This document shows, in pieces, positions 1 to 8,815 of a DNA stretch of 26,783 nt. This stretch comes from an uncultured delta proteobacterium (GTDB lineage: Bacteria; Desulfobacterota; Binatia; UBA9968): positions 1 to 26,783 of the forward strand of contig CAWJBB010000019.1 in assembly GCA_963840855.1 (NCBI GenBank). Reading direction: 5' to 3'. The translations under genes were made by a program, and so were the position numbers. Numbering within the stretch: the first letter of the stretch is position 1; the number at the start of each line of letters is the position of its first letter. Under the pieces are notes generated by a model. That model worked only from the letters and a program-made list of their open reading frames with translations, was not told the origin of the DNA and ran no database searches.

Positions 1-160
1 GCTCGTCCCATGCCGAGACGCTATATCGTGACAGGGCAAAGGCGGTCAAGCGCGAGAATCACCTGCCATTCAATCTCGGACAATGATCGTCCACCGCGTT
101 GAAGAGCGTTTGATTGAACGCGGCATTTCCGTATATGAATCGTTCGAGGGAGGATTGTCG

Positions 161-1210
161 ATGTTGAGAAAAGTTGGCTATGGGGTGCTTATTGCCTTTT
201 CGATTCTCTTACTGGGCGCAAATCTTTCGTCCGCCCAGGACGCTTATTTCAACGGCAAGACGATTCGAATCCTCGCTGGATTTCCTAGCGGCGGTGGGGT
301 GGACGCTGAGGGTCGGATGCTCGCCCGCTTCTTACCGCCCCATATTCCGGGAAATCCGACGGTCGTCGTGCAAAACATGCCCGGGGCGGGAGGCACGGTC
401 GCAAGCAACTGGTTTGAACAATTTGCCAAGCCTGACGGTTTGACGCTTCACTACACAAGCACGACCAGTATCAATCAACAGGCCATGGGCGTTAAAGAGG
501 CCAAACATGATCTCCGGCATTGGCCGGTGATCGGCAGCGTCCGCCGCGGGACTTCGGTGGCTCTGATCCGAAAAAAAAGTCTCGATCGCCTCACGAGTTC
601 CGGTGAACCTCTCAAAGTCGGAGTTCGATCGGGAGACGAAAGCTGGAACGCGATCTTTCTGTGGGGCGCGGAGTTCCTTAAATGGAACGTGCGCTGGGTG
701 CAGGGGTATCCCGGCGGTGGAGAAATACTCCTTGCCTTTGAAAGAAACGAAACTGACATCTACCCGACCGCGACTCTGCCCACTCTGCGCCAGCTCGTCG
801 GCCAGGGTTTCCATCCGTTCATTCAGCAGGGCATGCTGACCCCAACGGGCACGTTCCAAAGACGTTCCGAGTTCCCCGACGTGCCGGTATTCGAGGACGT
901 GGCGAAGGAACGACGCCCGAGCGGGATTCCGTGGCAAGCCTATATAATCTTGGCGGGCTCGGACAGCGGCGGACGTCCGCTCTATGCGGCGCCAAAAACG
1001 CCGGCGCAGATCGTGCGCGTCTTGCGCGAGGGCTTCGCGCGCATGACGGAAGGGGCGGAGTTCAAGGCTGAATTGAAAAGGGTCAGCGGTGAAGATGCCG
1101 AGATGCTTCTGGCCGAGGAAGCGGACCCAATCCTGCGCCAGCTCATTACCGTGTCTCCGCCGATGCAAGACTATATCAATGGCCTGATGAAAAAATATTT
1201 GAGCCGCTAA
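161..1210 (+). CDS. Tripartite tricarboxylate transporter (TctC/Bug-like) substrate-binding protein
   Basis: Signal peptide followed by YFNGKTIRILAGFPSGGGVD, VVQNMPGAGG, KPDGLTL and GYPGGGE, all typical Bug/TctC motifs. Start moved to ATG 161 behind GGAGG. Confidence 0.85.
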   Translation: MLRKVGYGVLIAFSILLLGANLSSAQDAYFNGKTIRILAGFPSGGGVDAEGRMLARFLPPHIPGNPTVVVQNMPGAGGTVASNWFEQFAKPDGLTLHYTSTTSINQQAMGVKEAKHDLRHWPVIGSVRRGTSVALIRKKSLDRLTSSGEPLKVGVRSGDESWNAIFLWGAEFLKWNVRWVQGYPGGGEILLAFERNETDIYPTATLPTLRQLVGQGFHPFIQQGMLTPTGTFQRRSEFPDVPVFEDVAKERRPSGIPWQAYIILAGSDSGGRPLYAAPKTPAQIVRVLREGFARMTEGAEFKAELKRVSGEDAEMLLAEEADPILRQLITVSPPMQDYINGLMKKYLSR

Positions 1211-1246
1211 GGGGTTGTTAAATATTAAATATTCCAAATCTCTAAC

Positions 1247-1339
1247 CTGTCATTCTGATGAACATAGCGTAGCGGAGTGAAGAATCTCGACCGAGATCCG
1301 GAGTTTATCCTGAGCACAGCCGAAGGACCGCGATGACAG
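1247..1339. repeat. REP-like palindromic intergenic element (TGTCATTCTGA...GAAGAATCTC...GAGAT...ATGACAG type)
   Basis: Terminal inverted repeat CTGTCAT 1247-1253 / ATGACAG 1333-1339. Internal ATCTCG/CGAGAT palindrome at 1284-1297. Also contains TATCCTGAGCACAGCCGAAGG. Confidence 0.55.
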
Positions 1340-1468
1340 AAACTCACGTGACAACTTATTTGTAATCTTCATTATGTTCTCAGTCCCTTCAGTCGAGGTT
1401 GACGGGCCTTCAGTCGCATGGTTAGATTCACCGCACGGTCCGAACTCCTGCGAAAGGAGATAATTTTT

Positions 1469-1894
1469 ATGGCGGATGCGCATATTTTGAAAATCGATTC
1501 GCTGCCGGTTGTCGAGCGCGGCAACGGCATCCGAACGATCCCCTTGGTCACCAAGGAGATCGGCGCAAAGGACATGACGACCGGTCTGACCCGCTTTCCG
1601 GCCGGCGCCAAAGTTCCGCTCCATTCGCATAATTGTGACGAGCAGGTGACGGTCCTCGAAGGAGAGGCCGAGGCAGAGGTCGACGGGCAGCGTCACCTCC
1701 TGCGTCCTTTTGATACAACACTGGTTCCCGCAAATAGGCCTCATCGATTCATAAACGTCGGGGCGTCACACCTCACGATTCTCTGGATATATACAAGCGC
1801 CGAGGTGACCCGAACCTTCACGGAGACCGGCGAAACAGTTGCTCATCTTTCCGATCGTGATCTCGTCAGTCCGCTACCTCCCAAGGGAGAATAA
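1469..1894 (+). CDS. Cupin domain protein
   Basis: Cupin motifs PLHSHNCDEQVTVLEG and VPANRPHRFIN. AAGGAG RBS before ATG 1469. Confidence 0.9.
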   Translation: MADAHILKIDSLPVVERGNGIRTIPLVTKEIGAKDMTTGLTRFPAGAKVPLHSHNCDEQVTVLEGEAEAEVDGQRHLLRPFDTTLVPANRPHRFINVGASHLTILWIYTSAEVTRTFTETGETVAHLSDRDLVSPLPPKGE

Positions 1895-1949
1895 AATCGA
1901 TTACAAGGTTGGCAGCGGAGGAGAAGGACCCCGGTAGTTGCGTGACGTA

Positions 1950-2951
1950 TTATGGCAGCTGAAAAGTGTCTCGGTATTCGCGCGCGTAGCGTGTGTAATT
2001 CTGCGCTTCTTGGTCATACTCTATTTCAAGAAGCTTGATCTGAGCTAGCCGCGGAATTGGTTGGGAAGCGTCCATCCGACTAGGACTTCTTTTTTGCTGG
2101 TATATGATTTCTTGTGCTTCGGCCGATAGCGCGAAATCGATAAACAGTTTACCGGTGTTAGGACGGGGCGCGTTTTTTGGGAGGCTGATACATACCGGCG
2201 GTTCGGGCGCGAGAGGCTCAATCGCTACCCAGTCGACCGGTGCTCCCTGCCGCTTTGCTTCCTCGACTCGATGGACCCGAGCCGTCGGGGCCAACCCGAA
2301 TTCTCCCCCAGTCAGCAGTTGCGCGATCAGATTGTGTCCGCTCCTAAACTGCGGCTGCTGCCGCGCAAGCTGCTGCAAAAAAGCCCTGCCTTTTTCCTGC
2401 CCCATCAAATGGAGGACAAACACGTACCAGCTCACATCTTCCGCCTCCAAGCCAATCTGTCCTTTCCAACGCGGCTGCAGGAGATCTTGCCAGGTCTTGG
2501 GAACCGCTCCTGGGGCGACAATATTCGTGTTGTATCCCAACACGCCGAGATTCCACAGCACTCCGGTCCAGTACCCTTGACGATCTCGTAAGGCGGGTCT
2601 GATCTTCGCGCGTTCAGGGGAGTTATAGACGGCCAAATGGCCCATGTCCTTGAGAAGCCATGTCTGAAGGCCGCTAATAAGATAAGCGTCGGCCAGATCC
2701 CGACCCGCGCGCAGCTCCGTTATGATTCTTTGAATCAATTTCACGCTGGATAATCGATGGTTCTCAACCTGAAGGAATGGATAGCGCTTGCGAAATCGAT
2801 CAATGATTTGCTGGGTATCGTCAATGCCGGTGCTGTGATAGAGGACAAGTTTTTTTTCTTCCCGAGCTTTGGCGACCAACTCCTGTGAAAAGAGCGGCGC
2901 GCCGGGCAACAGACAAATTAGAACCAGCGTTGCAACCATGAACGCATTCAT
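1950..2951 (-). CDS. ABC transporter extracellular solute-binding protein (Fe3+/thiamine AfuA-like family)
   Basis: Signal peptide, then AREEKKLVLYHS, YNTNIV..PKTWQDLLQPRWKG and APRPNTGKLFIDF. Start is 2951 or 2999. The longer ORF-track start overlaps the Rieske gene. Confidence 0.85.
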   Translation of the reverse strand: MNAFMVATLVLICLLPGAPLFSQELVAKAREEKKLVLYHSTGIDDTQQIIDRFRKRYPFLQVENHRLSSVKLIQRIITELRAGRDLADAYLISGLQTWLLKDMGHLAVYNSPERAKIRPALRDRQGYWTGVLWNLGVLGYNTNIVAPGAVPKTWQDLLQPRWKGQIGLEAEDVSWYVFVLHLMGQEKGRAFLQQLARQQPQFRSGHNLIAQLLTGGEFGLAPTARVHRVEEAKRQGAPVDWVAIEPLAPEPPVCISLPKNAPRPNTGKLFIDFALSAEAQEIIYQQKRSPSRMDASQPIPRLAQIKLLEIEYDQEAQNYTRYAREYRDTFQLP

Positions 2952-3121
2952 TCTGCGCCACGGGGAGTTGTTGTAAGTTTTTCTCGTCAGGTTGCTCATG
3001 GGAAGCTCGCTAAGAATTGGACCGGCTCCAATCCAGTGGTAAGGTATGCGATACCTTGATTTTATTCCAATGTCGACGCGGCGCTGTTGTGTTGAAATGA
3101 ATTCATCACGTTGACACCTGC

Positions 3122-3583
3122 TCAATTTTTTCTGTCGCCAGCCTCGCAAACGACCGTCCCGTCTGCGGCGGTTTGGGTCTGAAAGGTCTCGCACGGGTAG
3201 GTTTCCGTCGGGTGTCTTATACAGGCACCCGTACGAATGTCAAACTGTCCGCCGTGAAAGGCGCATGTGAGAGTGTAGCCCTCCAGCTTGCCCTTATGAT
3301 GAAGCGGAAAGCCCCGATGCGGGCACCTGTCGCTCAAAGCGTAAATTTGCCCCTCGACTTTGGCCCACAGAACCGGGGTGCCGTCCAGTGAGGCGCCCAT
3401 CATCTCACCCTCGCCCAGGTCGCCCAGTTCAATCGCTTTCTCCGGCGTACGCTGCGAGAACTCCTCGATAAAATGCCGCCGCACCTTCTTAATCTCTTCA
3501 TCTTCCCGCGCGAGCTCGGCGGCAAGCTCGATTAGCTCCTCATAACTCAACTTTTCCAATTCAGCCCGCGTCGGCGTCTTCAT
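3122..3583 (-). CDS. Rieske [2Fe-2S] ferredoxin with N-terminal helical extension
   Basis: Rieske ligand motifs CPH...CAFH, followed by FDIRTG. Confidence 0.9.
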   Translation of the reverse strand: MKTPTRAELEKLSYEELIELAAELAREDEEIKKVRRHFIEEFSQRTPEKAIELGDLGEGEMMGASLDGTPVLWAKVEGQIYALSDRCPHRGFPLHHKGKLEGYTLTCAFHGGQFDIRTGACIRHPTETYPCETFQTQTAADGTVVCEAGDRKN

Positions 3584-4041
3584 AGCTTCTCCCCGATCTT
3601 GACCGTACCGTCGTCGGTCAGCGCGACGCGAAACCGCTCAATCGGCTTGAAGTTGCGACCCGTGGCAAGAACTGCGCCGCTGCGCACGTCGAACTTGGCC
3701 TCGTGCCACCGGCAGGTGACGACGTAGCCGTCCAATTTCCCCTTGTGCAAGGGATAGCCTGAATGACCGCAGGCGTTATCCATGGCGTAAATTTTTCCTG
3801 CCACTTTTGCCAAGAGAATCTCCCTTGTCCCTGCTTTCGTGGTCGCCATCCCGCCTTCCGGAATATCCCCGGACTTCACGCGGCGCTCGGGAGATTTCTT
3901 ACGCATCATTCTCTGCACGTCCTCGCGCAGGCGCTGTCTATCAGTGGAAAAAGCCATGAAGTGTTTCCACTCGTCCTCCAGACGATCATCGGAAAGCTGG
4001 GAGATTTCCTGCCTTGTATACTCAAGCATGTTCGACTTCAT
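3580..4041 (-). CDS. Rieske [2Fe-2S] ferredoxin with N-terminal helical extension (paralog)
   Basis: CGH...CRWH ligands and FDVRSG. GAGG RBS before ATG 4041. ATGA overlap with the downstream Rieske gene. Confidence 0.9.
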   Translation of the reverse strand: MKSNMLEYTRQEISQLSDDRLEDEWKHFMAFSTDRQRLREDVQRMMRKKSPERRVKSGDIPEGGMATTKAGTREILLAKVAGKIYAMDNACGHSGYPLHKGKLDGYVVTCRWHEAKFDVRSGAVLATGRNFKPIERFRVALTDDGTVKIGEKL

Positions 4042-4490
4042 CGTAGCCTCTTTCAATACCGGAGTTGGGTGGTGTTATGCAAATGTGAGGAAGGCACCGC
4101 GGCCAAAAGGGTTCAAAAAGTTTGCCTGACCGCGCAAATTCAGCGGACTATTCGGTCGCTTTCCGACGCCGCTTGAAGGCCAGCATAACTCCGGCCTATT
4201 TTAGGCCTTCTTGCGCATGGCGGATTAAGCTGGGTTTCCCGTTCGGTCGGCTCAATGATCGTGCGTGAGAGTGTGGGCGGGAGTGTCGCCTTTCACTTCT
4301 CATAACTCCCCGGCGTCTGGCGAGTGGGCGTCGCGCTGCTCCTTTTGATTTTGAATTGCGGGCAGAGCTGGACAGCTGTCCGTAACTGCGATAACTCTTA
4401 TATCAGCTGGCATCTGAATATTTCAGTCGAGTTAACACTCGTTCGTGGCTGCGCTGAGCAGCCACAGCGGGTGAATCGAATGCGCCGCAC

Positions 4491-5432
4491 ATGAAAAGGG
4501 TAACACTCTACAGCTCCAGTCGAACGTCGATAACCGGGCGGGCAACCCCGACCAGCCCTCCGCAGCAACTCAATAGTCCCGATCAGGCGCACGAAAGTCC
4601 TTCCACTCAAGTCGCTACTCAGCCATCCCGCTTCCCATGGCGAAATTTCTACACGCGCCATGCAAGGCTCCTGTGGGTCGCAGCCGGAGGGCTATTGGCG
4701 CTCCTCGTGGTTTTTACCTATGCCGCGATCAAGCCTTCGACACGCCAGATCACCCAGGACGATATCCGCGCCGCGGTGCTTTACACACTCGAAAATAATA
4801 TCCTTCCCTCGCCCGCGGCGAAGGCCTACGAGGTCATTCGACCGTCCATCGTTCGCGTGCGCGGGCTGGAACCTGACGAAGACGGCGAGGACATAGAGAA
4901 GAGCGTCGGCACCGGGGTCGTCATAGTCGACAAAGGCATCATCCTTACCAATCTCCACGTTGTGAACGGCGCCAAGCGGGTGCAAGTGGTGTTCGCCGAC
5001 GGGCTCGAATCCGATGCCACGATCACCGGCGTGCGTCCGGAGCACGACTTGGCTGTGCTTCAGGCGCAGACGATTCCCGACGATCTTTTCGCCGCCACCA
5101 TGCGATCCACCGCGGATCTCGCATTGGGCGACCAAGTCTTTGCCGTCGGCTTTCCTTTCGGTATCGGTCCTTCGGTGACGGCGGGAGTAGTTTCCGGATT
5201 GCGGCGCGAATTCCGATCGCCGGAGGGGAAGCGCCTGCTGACGAATCTCATCCAGTTCGACGCCGCGGTGAATCCCGGAAGCTCCGGCGGGCCGCTGGTG
5301 ACCGCAGAGGGCGCGGTCGTTGGCATCGTCACCGCCATACTGAACCCTACAGACCAGCGTTTCTTCGTGGGCATTGGGTTTGCGGTTCCCATCGAGAATG
5401 CAGCCGCGGCCGTGGGAATACCGCCATTCTGA
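4491..5432 (+). CDS. Membrane-anchored trypsin-like S1C (HtrA/DegP-like) serine protease without PDZ domain
   Basis: TM helix LLWVAAGGLLALLVVFTYAAI. Catalytic triad in TNLHVV, DLAVL and NPGSSGGP. Protein ends right after the protease domain. Confidence 0.9.
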   Translation: MKRVTLYSSSRTSITGRATPTSPPQQLNSPDQAHESPSTQVATQPSRFPWRNFYTRHARLLWVAAGGLLALLVVFTYAAIKPSTRQITQDDIRAAVLYTLENNILPSPAAKAYEVIRPSIVRVRGLEPDEDGEDIEKSVGTGVVIVDKGIILTNLHVVNGAKRVQVVFADGLESDATITGVRPEHDLAVLQAQTIPDDLFAATMRSTADLALGDQVFAVGFPFGIGPSVTAGVVSGLRREFRSPEGKRLLTNLIQFDAAVNPGSSGGPLVTAEGAVVGIVTAILNPTDQRFFVGIGFAVPIENAAAAVGIPPF

Positions 5433-5440
5433 CCGGGATT

Positions 5441-5507
5441 GTTCAAGGTTCCAGGTTCAACGTTCAATTCGTTTCGGACCTTGAACCTTGAACATTGAAC
5501 GTTGACC
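5441..5507. repeat. Inverted heptamer arrays (GTTCAAN x4 / NTTGAAC x4) forming an intergenic hairpin
   Basis: gttcaag gttccag gttcaac gttcaat, an 11-nt spacer, then cttgaac cttgaac attgaac gttgacc. Confidence 0.8.
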
Positions 5508-5519
5508 TCGCGAGGATTT

Positions 5520-6536
5520 ATGGACAGCAAAGAAACAAGCCGCAGCGAAATTGCTTCACTCATGGAGCGCATCCTCTACGAAGTGAAGAAGGTCATCGTC
5601 GGCCAGGATCATTTCCTGGAGCGTGTGCTCGTGGCCGTGCTGGCGCAGGGACACCTGCTCGTCGAGGGCGTGCCGGGGCTCGCCAAGACCCTTACGGTCA
5701 AAACGCTCGCTAGAACCATGCGCGGGTCGTTCAAGAGAATTCAGTTCACTCCGGATCTCGTGCCGGCGGATCTGGTGGGAACGCGCATCTACAACCAGAA
5801 GACCGGCGATTTTAGCACCTCGTTGGGTCCCGTTTTTACCAATCTCCTTCTTGCCGATGAGATCAACCGGGCTCCGGCGAAAGTGCAAAGCGCGTTGCTC
5901 GAAGTGATGCAGGAACGCCAGGTCACGATCGCCGGGGAAAGCTACCAGGTTCCCGAGCCGTTCCTGGTTATGGCGACGCAGAATCCTATCGAGACGGAGG
6001 GAACCTACCCGCTGCCCGAGGCGCAGGTGGACCGGTTCATGATGAAGGTGCTCGTCGGGTATCCAACCGAGGAAGAGGAGTTTGTCATCGTCGATCGGGT
6101 CACCGGCATTGCCAATGATGTCGTGCCCATGGCCACCACCGAGCAATTGAGCGCGCTTCAGCGTGAGTGCCGGAGCCTGTACGTGGATCCGTCGCTCAAG
6201 CAATACGCGGTGCGGCTGGCCGCCGCTACGCGGGATCCGGATCGCTACGGCGTCGGCGACGTAGCGAAGTACATGTCATTCGGCGCGAGCCCTCGCGCCT
6301 CGATCAACGTCATCGAGGGTGCGCGAGCGCTGGCGTTCCTGCGCGGCCGCACCTACGTCTTGCCCGAGGACGTGACGGATCTGGTGCCCGACGTATTTCG
6401 GCACCGGCTCGTGCTGACGTATGAGGCTCTGGCCGAGGGGATGACGGCAGATCAGCTGATCCATCGGATCATGCAACATATATCGGCTCCCGATAAGCCG
6501 CTGGAGACCCATGTCAAAATCGCCGCCAGCTCGTAG
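5520..6536 (+). CDS. moxR: MoxR family AAA+ ATPase
   Basis: Walker A EGVPGLAKT, RIQFTPDL, Walker B LLADEINRAP, ATQNPIE..GTYPLPEAQ.DRF. GAGG before ATG 5520. Confidence 0.95.
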   Translation: MDSKETSRSEIASLMERILYEVKKVIVGQDHFLERVLVAVLAQGHLLVEGVPGLAKTLTVKTLARTMRGSFKRIQFTPDLVPADLVGTRIYNQKTGDFSTSLGPVFTNLLLADEINRAPAKVQSALLEVMQERQVTIAGESYQVPEPFLVMATQNPIETEGTYPLPEAQVDRFMMKVLVGYPTEEEEFVIVDRVTGIANDVVPMATTEQLSALQRECRSLYVDPSLKQYAVRLAAATRDPDRYGVGDVAKYMSFGASPRASINVIEGARALAFLRGRTYVLPEDVTDLVPDVFRHRLVLTYEALAEGMTADQLIHRIMQHISAPDKPLETHVKIAASS

Positions 6537-6554
6537 GCGATCACTGAAATTCAT

Positions 6555-6625
6555 CGTGATCGTGTTCGTGAAACGTGACCGTGAATTCAACACGAGCACG
6601 AACACGTTCCACGAACTCGAAATCG
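6555..6625. repeat. Inverted hexamer arrays (CGTGNN x5 / NNCACG x4-6) forming an intergenic hairpin
   Basis: cgtgat cgtgtt cgtgaaa cgtgac cgtgaa, then aacacg agcacg aacacg ttccacg aactcg aaatcg. Confidence 0.75.
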
Positions 6626-6650
6626 AGCGAGGCCACTCGCGAGCGCACCT

Positions 6651-7616
6651 ATGAGTCTTTTTCAGCAGCCTGCAACTACCGCTGGAGCCGAGAACATCCT
6701 GCGGCGATTGGAGTGGACCGTGATTCGTCGTCTGGACGGGCTGCTTCATGGCGATTACCAATCCTTGTTTCGCGGTTTCGGGCTGGATCTGGCCGATTTG
6801 CGCGAGTACCAATATCACGACGATGTCCGTTACATCGATTGGAACGTCACCGCGCGTCTGATGACGCCCTATGTCAGAGTGTACAATGAAGATCGAGAAG
6901 TCACAGCGTGGTTCCTGCTGGACCTGAGCCCGTCGGTGGATTTTGGCTCCCATGTCAAGAAGCGGTCCGTGTCGACCGAATTCGTCACCGTGCTGGCGCG
7001 GCTCTTGACCCGTCACGGCAATCGCGTCGGGGCGCTGTTCTATGGCGACAGTGTCGATACGGTGATTCCGACACGGAGCGGCCGGCGCCACGCGCTCCAC
7101 ATCCTGCACAGGATGCTTTCGCGGCCCGAGCGTTCCGGTTCGGCCGCGACGAACCTGCGCGATTTCCTGCAGAGCGCTTTTCGGGTCATGCAAAGACGAT
7201 CCCTCGTTTTCGTCGTCTCCGATTTCATCAGTACGCCCGGCTGGGCCGAGCCGCTGGCCTATCTTGCGCGGCGCCATGAGGTCTTGGCGGTGCGGCTCTA
7301 CGATCCGTTGGAGATGGAATTGCCCGATCTGGGGCTTGTCGTGATGCGCGACGCCGAGACCGGAGAACAGTTATTTGTCGATACCCACGATCGGGCTTTC
7401 CGGAAGCGTTTCTCGGCTCTAGCCGAGCGGCGCGAGAAGGAGCTTCGGTCGGCGTTTCGCCAGGCGGGCGTGGACGCGCTGGAGTTGTCGACAGACGATG
7501 ATCTCGTCGATACGATTCTGCGCTTCGCCGATCTGCGCAAGCGGCGCAGCCAGTTGGCAGCGGGCGGAAGCCTGCCAAAACACCTGAGAGGAAGCCATGA
7601 AGTTTCTATGGCCTGA
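6651..7616 (+). CDS. DUF58 (VWA-like) MoxR partner protein
   Basis: G.DLADLREYQ..DDVR.IDWNVTAR, LLDLSPS and VVSDF motifs. Located downstream of moxR. Confidence 0.92.
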   Translation: MSLFQQPATTAGAENILRRLEWTVIRRLDGLLHGDYQSLFRGFGLDLADLREYQYHDDVRYIDWNVTARLMTPYVRVYNEDREVTAWFLLDLSPSVDFGSHVKKRSVSTEFVTVLARLLTRHGNRVGALFYGDSVDTVIPTRSGRRHALHILHRMLSRPERSGSAATNLRDFLQSAFRVMQRRSLVFVVSDFISTPGWAEPLAYLARRHEVLAVRLYDPLEMELPDLGLVVMRDAETGEQLFVDTHDRAFRKRFSALAERREKELRSAFRQAGVDALELSTDDDLVDTILRFADLRKRRSQLAAGGSLPKHLRGSHEVSMA

Positions 7617-8640
7617 GATGCTCTGGCTTCTCCTGATTGTACCGGCGCTGGTTGCCGCATACTTTTTCCTGTTGCGCCGAAAGAAAGAGGCCGCGCTCAG
7701 ATATGCCAGCTTGAGCATGGTGAAAGAGGCTTTGGGCGCGGGCCAGAGATTCCGCCGTCACATTCCACCGCTGCTTTTCTTGGTTGCGCTCATCGTGATG
7801 ATCGTTGGCATTGCCCGTCCCGCCGCCGTTATCACCTTGCCGTCCCAACACCAAACGATCATCCTCGCCATGGACGTCTCCGGCAGCATGCGCGCCGTCG
7901 ACGTGCAGCCCAATCGAATTTCCGCGGCGCAGGCCGCCGCAAAGGCCTTTGTCGCCGAGCAGCCCTCAAACGTACGCATCGGCGTGGTGTCTTTCGCCGC
8001 GACGGCGTCGGTGGTGCAAATGCCCACGCGAAATCGCGAGGACATCCTCGCGGCCATCGATCGGTTCCAACTGCAACGCGGCACGGCGATTGGCAGCGGC
8101 ATCATCGTCTCTCTTGCGACGATCTTTCCCGAGGAAGGCATCGATGTGAGCTCGTTGATTTACGGGCGCGATGCCCCGCGCGGCGTACCTCTCGATCAGC
8201 CTGGCAAAGCGGAGAAACCGGCGTTCAAGCCGGTTCCACCCGGCTCGTACACATCCGCCGCCATCATTTTGCTCACCGACGGCCAGAGGACCACGGGCCC
8301 CGACTCCATGGAGGCGGCCCGCATGGCCGCCGACCGCGGCGTTCGTGTCTTCACCGTGGGTTTCGGCACCACAGGCGGAGAGACCATCGGCTTTGAAGGC
8401 TGGTCCATGCGTGTGCGTCTCGATGAGGAAACCCTCAAGGCGATCGCCAAGATGACACATGGCGAGTATTTCTACGCGGGCACCGCAACTGATCTACAAA
8501 AGGTCTACGATTCCCTTAACGCGCGGCTCGTACTGGAAAAGAAGGACATGGAAATCAGCGCTCTGTTTTCCGCAGCGGCGGCCGTTGCGGCGCTCGTTTC
8601 GGCTTCGCTTTCACTGCTGTGGTTCAACCGCATCCTATAG
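7597..8640 (+). CDS. BatA-like VWA domain membrane protein
   Basis: N-terminal F.WP..LWLL BatA segment, MIDAS DVSGSM, TAIG, LLTDG and a C-terminal TM helix. Confidence 0.92.
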   Translation: MKFLWPEMLWLLLIVPALVAAYFFLLRRKKEAALRYASLSMVKEALGAGQRFRRHIPPLLFLVALIVMIVGIARPAAVITLPSQHQTIILAMDVSGSMRAVDVQPNRISAAQAAAKAFVAEQPSNVRIGVVSFAATASVVQMPTRNREDILAAIDRFQLQRGTAIGSGIIVSLATIFPEEGIDVSSLIYGRDAPRGVPLDQPGKAEKPAFKPVPPGSYTSAAIILLTDGQRTTGPDSMEAARMAADRGVRVFTVGFGTTGGETIGFEGWSMRVRLDEETLKAIAKMTHGEYFYAGTATDLQKVYDSLNARLVLEKKDMEISALFSAAAAVAALVSASLSLLWFNRIL

Positions 8641-8815
8641 CCGTCCACAAGCCGCGCCGATCTTGCATCCAGGATTTATGATGGAGTTGAGGATCGTTCC
8701 GGCCGGTGTAAGTGGGTTTCACTCGGCAATTTAGTAATTGCCTGGCGGAATCTCAACCAGCCTACCAGTATCCAGCTCTGGTCTTGTTTCTGACTTGACC
8801 ACTCCGATTTAGGGC

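Noticed and set aside
4180-4465. ATAACTC repeats (about 4185, 4302, 4391) and an 8-bp hairpin at 4445-4465 as operator or riboswitch
   Set aside because: The motifs are short and irregularly spaced with no recognisable riboswitch consensus, so they cannot be separated from chance.
8755-8780. CCAG periodicity as another heptamer-array relic (also CCTTCAGTCG x2 at 1386 and 1407)
   Set aside because: Too few and too degenerate units, with no clear inverted arm.
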